The notes beneath the pieces are model-generated. The model had not been told where the DNA came from. It ran no database searches and was given only the letters and a program-made list of their open reading frames with translations. Below are positions 51,652 through 63,798 of a stretch of 64,000 nucleotides of DNA, in pieces. This stretch comes from Nemertoderma westbladi (Eukaryota; Animalia; Xenacoelomorpha): the NCBI GenBank assembly GCA_032718475.1, contig JAUCBJ010007842.1, forward strand, positions 22,754 to 86,753, written 5' to 3'. The position numbers and the translations under genes are program-made. The first letter of the stretch is position 1. Each line of letters opens with the position of its first letter.

Positions 51652-54600
51652 CACGTTCGTGGGGCAATCGCGTAGGATGAGGGTCAGTTATTAGATACAG
51701 ATAAAAATTGAGCAATTTTATCCCAAAATCGGTACTTAAGAAATTTAAATAAATAGATTAGATAAATTAGAATATAACAGTGCACCTAGGCCGTCGATGG
51801 ACGACGCAGCCTCTGTAACGAGGAAGAGTGATGGTGGCGGGATGGCGGGACCAGGATGGTGTGACGGACCGGCACAACTGGATGGCGGCTTGGGAGCGGT
51901 GGAAAACTGAGTTAAGCTCTGGCGACCAAGCGACGGAATCGCCGAGTTTGGGTGTAAGGAGGGACTCGAGTGGGGAAACGAGTGCGGAGCAGCATGGGAG
52001 GATGCGGGTGAGAATCTTGTAAGATCCTAGGTATGAACGGAGATCCCAAACTGTGGCTGGGATGGGACACCGGGACAATGCGGACATGATGTGGGTAGAT
52101 GTGGATAATGAACCGTTGGACCACGACCAACCGAGGATAGTGGTGGTCTGTGGGCAGATAAACGTCTTCTTGGTGGATAGGCGTAAGTCGGCACGATGGA
52201 GGGCGTGGAGGAGCTGTGTGAATTTTGCGAGGAGTTTGGGGATGGTGTCGCCGCCGCAATATATGTCGTCGGCGAGTTTGACGACGGATCCCAGGACGAG
52301 AAGGTCGCCAAGGACTCGGGACATAAGTTCCTTGAGTGCGGTTTCGCTGCCGGGCATGCCCATGGCACAGCGCCTGTACACGCACAAGCCGCGGAAGGGA
52401 GTGGATACTCCGCAGAAGCGCATCGACTCACGTTGGAGAGGAATCTGGTAGAAGGCGCTGGTGAGATCCGCTTTGAGGAGGTATTTAAACTGTCCGAGGG
52501 AATGGATGGTTGACTCGACGTCAGGGAGGAATGTGGGTTGGGGTTTACAATAGCATGCGATTTCGGTAAATGCGGTAACCAACCGGGAGCCGCCGTTGGG
52601 TTTGGTGACGAGGAAGCTCGGGTTGAGGTATTCGATGGTGAAGCCAGCGAGCTCGGGGCGGATGAAAACGCCGAGGCGTTTGAGTGAATCGAACTGTTCT
52701 TGGAGTTCTACTAGGTGATCGCGGGCATATTGCGTGATGCGACCTTTGTGCTGTGGGGGTAACATGGGAGAAACGTTGACGACGGCCTCGAATAGACTGG
52801 CAGAGCCATTGTAGCCGGGATACTGAGGGTCAAACACGGCCGCGTATTGTTCCAGTACATCGTGGAAGGAGGCGCGTTCCTGGTGGGTGAGGATGTTGTT
52901 TGGATCTAGTTGGACTGCGCTGATGTGGGATTTGGATGTGGCGGCAGGCGCAGGGTGTGCGACTATGGTGCGGATTTCGGGGGATGGGAGTGACTGGATG
53001 GGTAGTGGAGTTGATGTGTGCGAGTGTGGTAGGAAGGATGGAACAGACGTGCGAGTTGCGTTGGATGAACACAGGACTGGGGGATAGGTTCGGGATAGTG
53101 ATAGCGCCTGCTAGGGGTTGGAGATGCATTGGTGGGAACCAAGACTGAGTGGTGAAGCGGCTGAGGCTGTTGGCTACGTGTGGGGATACGAGGAGGTCAG
53201 AGGACTCATGTAGGTGGGCTGGGAGGGAGAGGGATTCACCCAGTAGGACGATGGATGACTGTACCGTGGCTCGGAGTACAGATGTGCGACGGATCGCTGG
53301 ACCGGGCCGCTTCGGGGGAGGGTACTGGATAGATCTGCCATCATGGAATGATATCAATTACTGGCTGGGATGGGTAGTGACGTCATTGGTTGTGAGGAAT
53401 GGCATGCCTGCAAGAAGCGAAACGCTGAGGCTCGCGACGACGAGGCCGCAGAAGGGGAGGCTGAGGTCATTGTACGTGAGGTTGAATGAGGTTTCGCTGA
53501 TGACAACGAGCATCGGGGAACCGTCGGCTTTCGCGGGTACTTGTCGGGAGCCCTGGGTGATGGGGACGCCTAGGCGGATGGCGGTGTCGTGTGTGATCAG
53601 ATCAGACTCAGCACCGCAGTCAAGGAGGACGTTAATAGGTTTGTGCTCGTAGTGGGTGACAAATGCCGGACTAGGTCGTATGGCCACTACATTAACCAAG
53701 GGATGGAGGTCGGTGTTGGGACTGGATTGGGGTCATCCTCGGGTTGATCACCGAACTCTTTGTCTCCGTCGACGTGGATGAGGCGTGCTCAAGATATGAA
53801 ACGCTTGTCGGTGGGAGGGAGGAAGGGACAACTGCTGATGAAGTGGTCGGTACGTGAATGTTTCGTCTGTGTGCACAGGGGGCACCGGCGCATAGATCGG
53901 CTAGAACCACGGGTTGTGGGTGGTGGTGGTGGGCGCTGGGTCTGAGCATGGAAAGTGTGTACTTAGGCCGTTTTATGGAGTTCGTCCAACAGCGAAGAAA
54001 GCGCTTGAGAAACCTCAGGCTTTATGCTCGCCAGGGTTCAGGAACGAAGTTTGGTCCCGTACCATTGCTGGATGAGTCGTGGGAGATCTGGATGGATCAG
54101 ACGAAGCCAAACTAAGATGATGAAGTTCTCAAGGGTGGGGGAACGCTCTTCGTCCTTGGGAGGGATGATGCCGTGGTGGGAGATTCCACCATCCTGGTGG
54201 AGGAGGCTATCGTCTACGAACACTGAGAGATGTTGGAACAAGTCCTCGGGGCGTTCCTCGTGTTGTAAGGTGATCTCGCTGAACGCGAGGAAATGGGCAT
54301 CCGTGGCCTGGAATCCGTAGTGGAGGCGGATAGCTTGCCAGATGGAATGCAAGGAGGTAGAGTCGTGCGGACTATGGTGTTGCGGGTGATGATAGGGGCA
54401 TAGTTCACCACCTGGCCCAGCATAAGTCTAGGGTGGCGGCATTCTGTACTGCGGTGCGGCGCGCAGCCTCGGCGACGGTGTGCGGATCGTCGGTGAACCC
54501 GTTGAGTGGAGCGGCGTGGGAGTGACGCAGCCATATGGCACTGGGCGCGGTAAACTGGCTGAACTGGGGTTGAAGTGTGAGAGAGTATGTGAGGTTGTGC

Positions 54601-56064
54601 CACCACACCTCGAACGAATTAATTGTGATTGTGCGAGTGGTCAAGTGAGAGAAATCTGCTATAGTGAGAAGAACGAGACAGGAGATGGAAAACAACGATG
54701 CCACCACGCCAGAAGTGAGGCAAGACGGGGAAGTCTCGTGGTAAGGGTGAACAGCTATGGTACCAGCAGCTGTGCAGTCAGCATATACCTGCACCGTGTA
54801 CTGACACACTGTATGTCAGGCCGACCATCAGGCCATGTGAGACAGACAGACGGTAGGTCCTAACTGGCTGGCGATGCATTCTTCAGTCCTTGGGTCTCGC
54901 TCATCAGTTAGTCCGGTTTGCCCGTAGTGCTAGCGCAGTAGCAATACCAAAAGTCGAGGTCGCCAATGACACTGCGACAGACAGAGGCGGTGGCCTTGAC
55001 GGCGAGTTGTTTGAGTAGGCTACCGGTACAATTCCAAAACGTTGCTGGGTATTGCAGTATTGGGCTGTTGGGGTACCTAGTGCAGTAGTGGATACTGGAA
55101 CATGGAATAAAGGTCAGTTGGTACAACCTGACAATATGTCAGTCTGTCTTAAGTCCGCATAATTTCAAAACTTCCATGGCTGCATGGTTGTCGTAGCCGA
55201 GCCGATTGGTGGGTGGCGCCAACGACCTGAAGGAAGACGGTACTGGTAACTCTGTACCGGTACCACTGTAACCGTACCGGTACCGTACTATCAAACATAG
55301 GCGTATGTTTATTGGTTTAGGCCTTATAAGATTAAGGTACCGTACCGTACCACTACTGCACTACATGATATGGCTGAATATAGTCGCAATATCGATATTC
55401 AGACATCACGCAGGAAATTGCAGGACTCCCTCTACCCTACCGCACGTACCAATACTCAGATAACTGGATAATGCAGAAGCAGTACCCAAGTACCACACTG
55501 ACAGACTGACAACCAGCCTAGAAAGCTAGGCCTACCCGCTACCACATACAGCAACAGCAGTGAGCAGTACCGGTACTGAGTACAGGCCAGCAGGCATCTC
55601 ATGGTACCGGTGTCGTACTCTGAACTCTGCAAACTGGAAATGCTGGAATGGATGAAAGTGAAATAGGCCTACCACACTTCCCTAGGCCACATTATTGCTG
55701 CATTGTACCGGTATTGCTGAATTTCAAACCCACCTGATATATCCTGCAGTCTCCTAGCAACCAGCTGATGCCAAGCCCAATAATTTTTGGATAGATAAAT
55801 TTATTATAACTGCAAGACAGTTACACAGATGCTGCACGAAGACCCCACGCAAATTCAACTTGGGAAATTTCTAAACTTTTGCCAGACTACATGTACCAAG
55901 TTTGGATATATTTTATCGAGATTTGGCTGAGTTATTAACTTTTAAAATTAGACACAACAGAACAACAGATCAAAAGATCAACATAACAACAGAGCAACAG
56001 GCACACCGATTGAGTTTGTGGTACCTGTATGCTAAGCTCGCTTACTTTCGTCGCTCGCCCCACA
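51652..56064 (-). mobile_element. HINE-like family copy whose two halves bracket about 4 kb of cargo
   Basis: 55741..56064 is the reverse of 17165..17466, and 51652..51740 is the reverse of about 17512..17610. Confidence 0.7.
51780..54830 (-). mobile_element. Ty3/Gypsy-like gag-protease-RT fragment, frameshifted, with no integrase or recognisable LTRs
   Basis: gag-like [20 protein letters not shown]; protease LLDCGAESDLI; RT YLNPSFLV, ADLTSAFYQIPL, AMGMPGS and KLADDIYCGG. Confidence 0.88.
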
Positions 56065-56593
56065 GTAGTTCCGTGTATAAATAATACAGTTCCGAAGTTA
56101 ATGTGTGATTGCTTAGGATTCGGTGAACGGAAGCAATGACTCTGTGTTAAAAAGTAATCGAGGAGGAAATACGAAATAGAACTGCCAAATGTACTGGTGC
56201 ACCAGCACCTTGGCTAAATGTGTAATCTGCAAATGTGACCTTATCTAAATGTGTAACAATAAAATGTCCTGAGAATGTCAAGGTTGAGTCCAAGAAGTCA
56301 AGCTACTTCGATATCGTTGCCAATTTAATTGCAGACCTCTAGACCAAGAAATCCCCCTTAGAATTAATCCCTTTTTTACTGTAGGTCTACTACACAATCT
56401 AAATATAAAGATTTGGCATTCTTTAACTTTCAAGCGACAAATTGTTGGTGTATAATATTTATATTTAATTATATGGCCATTTTACCATATTCTATCTCAT
56501 AAATAATATTTATCATTGTTTTTTCAGTGTAATTTAGTTTTAGTTAACCTTTACGGAATAAGCTTCTGAAATCGGACTACATATACAGTATAT

Positions 56594-56823
56594 TGAAATA
56601 GAACAATATGATAATGCTCCCCATAGCGAAAAATGTCAACCGACATTTTTCATTTTTCAAAACAAATTCTTCATCCGTGGTGGAAGCTCATTTGTCTTTA
56701 GGACACATTTGTCTTCCGGCTGATAAAAGCCAGATGTTTGAAACCTAGGTACCGGGTTCGAGCCCCAATAGGGTCGGTTGACATTTTTCGCTACGGAGAG
56801 CATTATCATAACGTTCTATTTCA
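56594..56823. mobile_element. Small foldback/MITE with 51-bp TIRs enclosing a Pol III B-box-like motif
   Basis: 56594-56644 and 56773-56823 match at 47 of 51 positions; GGTTCGAGCCC at 56755. Confidence 0.8.
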
Positions 56824-57025
56824 TTATATATTTAATTCACCGTCACTCCACCCCACAAAAATTAATTTATTATTATTAAATCTGAAAGCTACTTAATCTG
56901 TTAAACTTGTTAATCTCTGAAAAGGCAGCAGAGAAGGCAAGGTATACGAATCCCACGCCTCCCCCCCTCCCCCGCTTTGCTGAAGTTTGAAGAGAGAAAG
57001 ACTGAGTGAAAAGTCGACTGAGAAG

Positions 57026-57553
57026 ATGGGGAAGAGGTTATCGAAGTTATTTCGGATCAAAGAAATGCGTATCTTGATGCTTGGTTTGGATGCAGCTGGA
57101 AAGACAACTATTTTATATAAATTTAAGATGGGAAATGACATACGGACTACTCCTACCGATAGTTTCAACATTGAAAACGTTTCTTTTAAGAATATCAAAT
57201 TCAAAGTTTTGGACATTGGAGGCCAGGATAAGATCCGTTCTTTTTGGCCATATTATTACTGCGGGACTAAGGGATTAATCTTCGTGATCGATAGTACAGA
57301 CCGCGACCGAATAGACGAGGCTAAAAAGGAGCTTCATAAGATAGTTAATCATAGAGAAATGAGAGAATGCATCATCTTAATATTAGCAAACAAACAGGAT
57401 ATAGAAGATGCATTAAAACCCCACGAAATTCAAGACAGATTAGGCCTATCGCGTCTACGTGACAGAGATTGGTATGTTCAGCCTTCGTGTGCCACTACTG
57501 GACAAGGACTATTCGAAGCCCTCACGTGGTTGTCCTCCAATCATAAACGTTAG
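57026..57553 (+). CDS. ARF6: ARF6-like small GTPase, 175 aa, single coding exon, divergent switch regions
   Basis: [10 protein letters not shown]-terminus with myristoylation Gly2, [17 protein letters not shown] and ARF6-specific [21 protein letters not shown]. Confidence 0.88.
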   Translation: MGKRLSKLFRIKEMRILMLGLDAAGKTTILYKFKMGNDIRTTPTDSFNIENVSFKNIKFKVLDIGGQDKIRSFWPYYYCGTKGLIFVIDSTDRDRIDEAKKELHKIVNHREMRECIILILANKQDIEDALKPHEIQDRLGLSRLRDRDWYVQPSCATTGQGLFEALTWLSSNHKR

Positions 57554-58227
57554 TCAGCTGTGATTGATAGCCAACAAAGAACATACCCTACCTGATGCAG
57601 TGACCAATCATAGTCATGATTGGTCACTGCATCACTGACTGCATCATTGGTCACACTTTTATTATTGTATTTGATTGGTAGGTGCCTTAAGATGACTCAT
57701 GCTTCCATTGTATTCTATATCCAAGATTCCAGATTGGATGAACTGTGATTGGAACGTCTAATCTTTGAGGTCATCAACCTGACATCAACCAACATATTAG
57801 TTGACTTGTATATTATTATATATTAATTATTCTATTGGATTCAGAGACCTTTCATTACTTTCTGTTTGATTTTATATTTGTTGATTAACTTTTATTGATT
57901 ATTTAGTTATTAGAATATATATTTCTATACAAATTATTGAGTAAAAAAGAAAAAAAATGCAACTTACTGGAAGCGGGTTGATTCTAGAGCAAAAAGATTC
58001 GCTAGCGAATGACAAGCTCACTTTACATCGAATCTATTTAAAAAGCTTACAGTAACTGCAGCAAAGAGCAGTTAGAATCCCTGATGATATTAATCACTAC
58101 TTTCTGTGCTGTGGTTGTAAGGGGTATACAAACTATGAAGGTCTTTTTGTTAACTCCAAGAAAACTAAAATTCTGACAGTTAACTTTGAAAGTTAACTGT
58201 CAAAGTAAAAAACTTTGACAGTTAATT

Positions 58228-58934
58228 TCTATTGAATAAAGTGGAGAGGGCTGCTAAGGAGGTTGGATTGCATATAAATGCTACCAAGACCGAATTCTTG
58301 ACTTTTAATGTTAATGGAAACTTGACAACCATTGATAATAATCAACTAAGGAAGGTCGACGACTTCCAGTATCTTGGATCATGGATAGAGAGTGCAAAAA
58401 AGACATAGAAGTTAGGAAAGCAAAGGCTTGGGTAGCTCTATCAAAAATGGATACCATCTGGAAATCAGATCTCTCCAGGTACCTGAAGACTAAGTTCTTT
58501 CGATCCACAGTGGAAATTGTACTTTTATACGGGGGTGAGACCTGGACACTGACGAAATCACTTGAAACCGAATTGTTGGTTGCTACACAAGACTACTAAG
58601 GGCAGCCCTAAACATCAGCTGAAGACAACACATGGCAAACGCCGAGCTCTATGGTACTATACCACCTGTATCAACCACACTCCATGAACACAGATTAACA
58701 TTCAGTGGGCACTGCTGGAGAAGTAAAGACGAGATCATACCAGATCTACTTTTCTGGCAACCAACTCATGGAAAGCGTAGTCGTGGACGACCGGCCATTA
58801 CATATATAGACCAACTTGAAAGGGATACTGAACTTGGGAGAAACGAAATTGCGACAACTATGGAGAATCGGGAAGCCTGGAAGGATCTCATTTCCACTGT
58901 CCGAGTTCGCTCGACCTAGTAGTAGTAGTAGTAG
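58228..58934 (+). mobile_element. RTE-clade LINE family B, 3' fragment with (TAG)n tail
   Basis: KEVGLHIN, DFQYLGSW, RKAKAWVAL, RLTFSGHCWR and RGRPAITYIDQL; TTGAAAGT present at both 58186 and 58936. Confidence 0.88.
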
Positions 58935-59269
58935 CTTGAAAGTGCTCAAGAAATGTCTGATCGTTTAAGCATAAGCTCAAAGGATGTTATGCTTGAGCAT
59001 GTGGACGACTTCTGTTACCTGAGATCATGGATCGGGATTCCAGGATTTGGAAGTCACACAGAAAATACATGGGAAACTTATGGTCTGATTGTTTAGAGCA
59101 GCAGTAGTTCCAGTACTCCGCTATGGGAGTCGTATGCTGGGCTTAAACTGCTGATGACACCAAATCTCTGGATGGCACATTCACAAGAATGCTACGTCGG
59201 GTTCACTCTGTCAAGTACAATGAACACATCTCCAACCAGACACTATATAACATTTTAGGTGTATCACTG

Positions 59270-60839
59270 GTAATGGTGAAAAATATCGAGACTTGAAAAA
59301 TATCGAGAGTAAAAATAACGCGAGCTGAAAAATATCGAAAATAACGAGTGTTGAAGAATATCGAGTTTTGAAAGATATCGAGAGTAAAAATATCGAGAGT
59401 AAAAATAACGCGAGCTGAAAAATATCGAAAATAACGAGTGTTGAAGAACATCGAGTGTTGAAAGATATCGAGAGTAAAAATATCGAGAGTAAAAATATCG
59501 AGTGTTGAAAAATATCGGGTGTTGAAAAATATCGAGAGTAAAAATATCGAGTGTTGAAAAATATCGAATGTTGAAAAATATCGAGAGTAAAAATATCGAG
59601 AGTAAAAATATCGAGTGTTGAAAAATAACAAGAGTAAAAATATCGAGTGTTGAAAAATATCGAATGTTGAAAAATATCGAAAGTAAAAATATCGAGAGTA
59701 AAAATAACGCGAGATGAAAAATATCGAAAATAACGAGTGTTGAAGAACATCGAGTGTTGAAAGATATCGAGAGTAAAAATATCGAGAGTAAAAATATCGA
59801 GTGTTGTAAAATATCGAGTTTTGAAAAATATCGAGAGTAAAAATATCGAGAGTAAAAATATAGAGTGTTGAAAAATATCGAATGTTGAAAAATATCAAGA
59901 GTAAAAATATCGAGAGTAAAAATATCAAGAGTAAAAATATCGAGAGTAAAAATATCGAGAGTAAAAATATCGAGTGTTGAAAAATATCGAGAGTAAAAAT
60001 ATCGAGTGTTGAAAAATATCGAGAGTAAAAATATCGAGTGTTGAAAAATATCGAGAGTAAAAATATCGAGTGTTGAAAAATATCGAGAGTAAAAATATCG
60101 AGTGTTGAAAAATATCGAGAGTAAAAATATCGAGTGTTGAAAAATATCGAGAGTAAAAATATTGCATTTTGCTTTTAGCATTTTATTTAGAATTATGGAA
60201 CAATATTGCAGTGCATGGGTTACAACAGTGCACGTGCAAGTGAATGGCATTAATACAACCTTGGGTACCCATTTACCAGATTTATTATACTAGCTAGTTT
60301 TTGCTATTTTTTTAATAAATATTATAAAAAAAGTGCTAGCTGTATATTTTGGTAAATATTTTTGTTCTAGAACACATTTTTTAGTTCTAGATCACATTTT
60401 TAATTTTTTTAAATAGCTAGTATTTTCTACTTCTTTTTATAAATGTTATAGAACAAGTGTAAGTTACCAAATGTTGATAAATATTTTTGTTCTAGAACAT
60501 TTTTAGGAAAAAAATTATCATGCAACCCTACAACGATATGTTTACTCTCGATATTTTTCAACACTCTATATTTTTCAAAACTCGATATTTTTACTCTCGA
60601 TATTTTTCAACACTCGATATTTTTACTCTCGATATTTTTACTCTCGATATTTTTACTCTCGATATTTTTAAACACTCGATATTTTTACTCTCGATATTTT
60701 TCAACACTCGATATTTCTACTCTCGATATTTTTACTCTCGATATTTTTACTCTCGATATTTTTTGAACTCTCGATATTATCGTTATTTTTCAACACTCCA
60801 TGTTTTTACTCGCGTTTTTTTACTCTTGTTTACTCTTGT
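59270..60839. mobile_element. Foldback element with arms made of 15/17-bp tandem repeats (AAAAATATCGAGAGT / TGAAAAATATCGAGTGT)
   Basis: Left array 59276-60160 and inverted right array 60540-60839 flank an AT-rich spacer. Confidence 0.85.
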
Positions 60840-61961
60840 TTTCGCCGTGAGGACCAGCCAGTGCATAATCTTGGGCTTCGGCGGCCTCATGGAGTGAATA
60901 AGCATGGTGGACAGCCCATGACTTTCTTGAGACGCATCTTAAAGGACGCTGTCCTTGAAGATGCGAATAATCTGACGAAAGTCATGGGGGATAGGGAGTT
61001 GTGGTGGTTCAACGTTGTTGATAAGCCGGCATAGTATTCTTAGTGCACGCTGCATTGGGCTCGCCAATTGTATATTGCATTGTGGTAGCAAAATACTTTT
61101 TTTAAAGCCAGCATAGCATCTCAATATGAAGTTTCAATGCAGCAGGCTGATTATAGTAGTAGTATAGTAATAGTAATACTGTAAACTGTGGCATTGTATT
61201 ATTATCAATCACGATCACCTTGTTTCTTCTTATCAAACCCTCGACTGGCGCTTTTCCCTACCACAGGCCCGTTTATTTAGAACTGGTATGAACTGTGGTT
61301 TTATGATGAACAGTCAAACAGATACTATATAGATTATCGGTGACTATCATCTCATGTAATAATATAGTTGGTTACAATATCAACGGTACATAAATCTGAA
61401 GACAGCCTCGAAAATAATAATATTATCAAAATAGCAAGCAAACAGTCGGCCGAAGCCGGAGGCGACCCGAAGGCTCCTCTTTCGATAGCTGCTACTACTA
61501 CTACTAGGATCGGCATGCTGTATTGCTTGTCGACAAGTTATAGAGCTAAAAGTAAATCACCTGCACACTAAACTGCAGTATTCTCTATCACACTAATAAA
61601 CTTCATTTGTAACGGCAAACATCTGACTGCTAATTAACTGCCGACACCGCATGTTTTATACTGTTTTATACTTTTATTCATTGTTGTTTGGTAACATATT
61701 TACTGGATGTTTATATTTGGAGAATGTGTACGAATAATCGATAATCCCAACTAACTTTCTTTATTATTAAGAGGTAAGCAGAAGTGAACATTAGTAACAA
61801 TTGCTTTGCTCAAATTACAGTGGTCTGTATGATATTTAGGCTATTTCATAACCCCAACGTAAGCGAGCTAAATTTCTCCTTACACATGAACAAAATTAGT
61901 AACAGTCAGCAAATGTGTTTCCGTATTATTGGCAGTTAAGTGAGTGCGAGTGCATAATACA

Positions 61962-62558
61962 GTTGAGCTTATGCTCATCCGGTCAGAGACTTGCTGAGGA
62001 CTTTCAAAGTTAACTGTCAAAGTTTTGGTCTTTTTGGTGTTAATAAAAAGACCAACACTAGAAGCAGCCTGTTCAAATGAGCTGAGGAGCCGTTGGGCTC
62101 CCTCTAGTGATTCTGAGAGTACTCCTAAGTCATCAGCAAAGTCTAGATCAGATAGGTACTTGGCAAGATTTCCTCGACTTCTGGAGCCAATAGGTGGAGT
62201 TACCATCCACCTCATCATCATTGTGATAATCTAAGGACATGCAAAGAACATAGTCAACCACAATTATGAACAAGAATGGCGGAAGTGTGTCTCCCTGGAA
62301 GACGCCCCATAACACTTAAAACATGTCACGTGTCACCGTCAAAGTAGACACAAATGTAGTCGAACCATCGTATACTGATCTGATTGCTGCTATAATTTCA
62401 TCAGGAATTCCATATAATGAAAGTATGCTGAACATACGTGAGCGAGAGACTGAATCAAAGGCCTTGAAGAAGTCAACAAAGATAACAGCCAGATGCCTGT
62501 CTTTCCTTTTTGATAATTCTTCAATTACCCTTCTAAGTGCCAAAATGGGCTCCATGGT
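61962..62558 (-). mobile_element. RTE family A internal RT fragment
   Basis: MEPILALRRV..DFFKAFDSV and DLDFADD on the minus strand. Confidence 0.92.
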
Positions 62559-63253
62559 CTCAGTTTCTGGTTTCAGGGGACTCATTATGTGTTCTCAAAT
62601 AGAACTTTCGAAGTTGGGGTAGTTTAAGCATTATTCTGATTGACCTTAATTTAACAACTTCCTACACATATGTATAAAAAGAACCACCGAAAATGTGGGT
62701 TTGCTCCAACGTCCGACACCATGGAATTGATCGTATAAAACAGTTTGTTTCAAATTATTATGTAATTGTTATTTGCTTTGTTATTTTGTTTGTTTGTTGC
62801 AGTTCCGCAATATTATTCTTTCTAGGATGTCTTGGCTTCCGACAATTGTGGCTTCCACAACACGCAAACACACTCCAACTTTTAGAAAACGGCTATACAG
62901 TAGTATAATTATAACAGTTAGCTGATGGCTCGCAGATTTGACTCGCCCCACTTCAGTGTCACAAAAACTAAACTCACTAATGTTGGAAACCAGGGGTCTA
63001 TCTCCCTCAAAACTAATCTAATCTAATCTAAAAACTAATCTAAATTTATGATGAACAACTCCCTAACGACGGCGACGGCGTGTCGTCACATTAGATACTA
63101 CAAAAACTAAACGGTAGACGGTCTGGTAAACAATTGTTAGTGTTTGGTGTTCGGGGATTAAATTTTACCCAGAACCAACTAATCACTGTAGTAGTTTGGA
63201 TTGGCAACAATTATGTAAAAGGATATAAAGAGTATTACTTCGGTCTACATATT

Positions 63254-63410
63254 ACACGTTCGTGGGGCCTTCGCGCAGCACGAGGCCCAGTTATGAGATA
63301 CAAATTAATATCGAGCGACTGTATCACAAAATCAGTATTTAACTTTATAAATTAGTAAAATTTAGAAATTTAACCACACCGCCAATCAATCAAAAAAAGA
63401 GGGACAGTAC
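63254..63410 (-). mobile_element. HINE-like family 3' end (reverse)
   Basis: CACGTTCGTGGGGCCTTCGCGCAGCACG matches the end at 7298-7324 and the reverse ends at 32521 and 51652. Confidence 0.7.
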
Positions 63411-63798
63411 GTGTTCAGCCCTTTAAATCTGCACCCCCACCCCACCCCACCACCCCCCCCCCCCCCCCCACCCTTCCCACCCACCAATACATAACCGCGA
63501 CATCTACCAACCACGGAAGGTAGCACGAACTTATTTCCAATCGCACGTTCAATATGCGAAGCCAGGTGGTTTATAGGAATATAATCTACGCAGTACTAAA
63601 TACAGTCGATGCAGTAATGAATGATATTCAAATAATTTATTTAATATACTGTTAATGCCTCTGAAAACTTAGACAATTAAAATACACAGAAATCCCATCA
63701 AAAAATAATAAGCATAATATTTTGAGAAATAAACAATTTTGGATATAAGCCTTCTGCGCAGTGGTAATCTTATTGACTGACAATCATTAAATGAGATC

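Larger units (their letters stand above)
58140..61165 (+). mobile_element. Older RTE family A copy split by two later insertions
   Basis: Collinear pieces at 58140-58193, 58936-59269 and 60840-61165, ending in a TAGTAG tail. Confidence 0.85.

Noticed and set aside
52255-52285. LADD instead of YxDD as an inactivating or novel RT change
   Set aside because: As I recall, KLADD-type motifs occur natively in this Gypsy-like lineage, and the copy is defective anyway through frameshifts and truncation.
56987-57025. 13-aa N-terminal extension of ARF6
   Set aside because: Starts at TTG. The ATG at 57026 gives the canonical 175 aa with a myristoylatable Gly2.
59203-60897. Long hydrophobic ORFs
   Set aside because: Translations of foldback tandem repeats.
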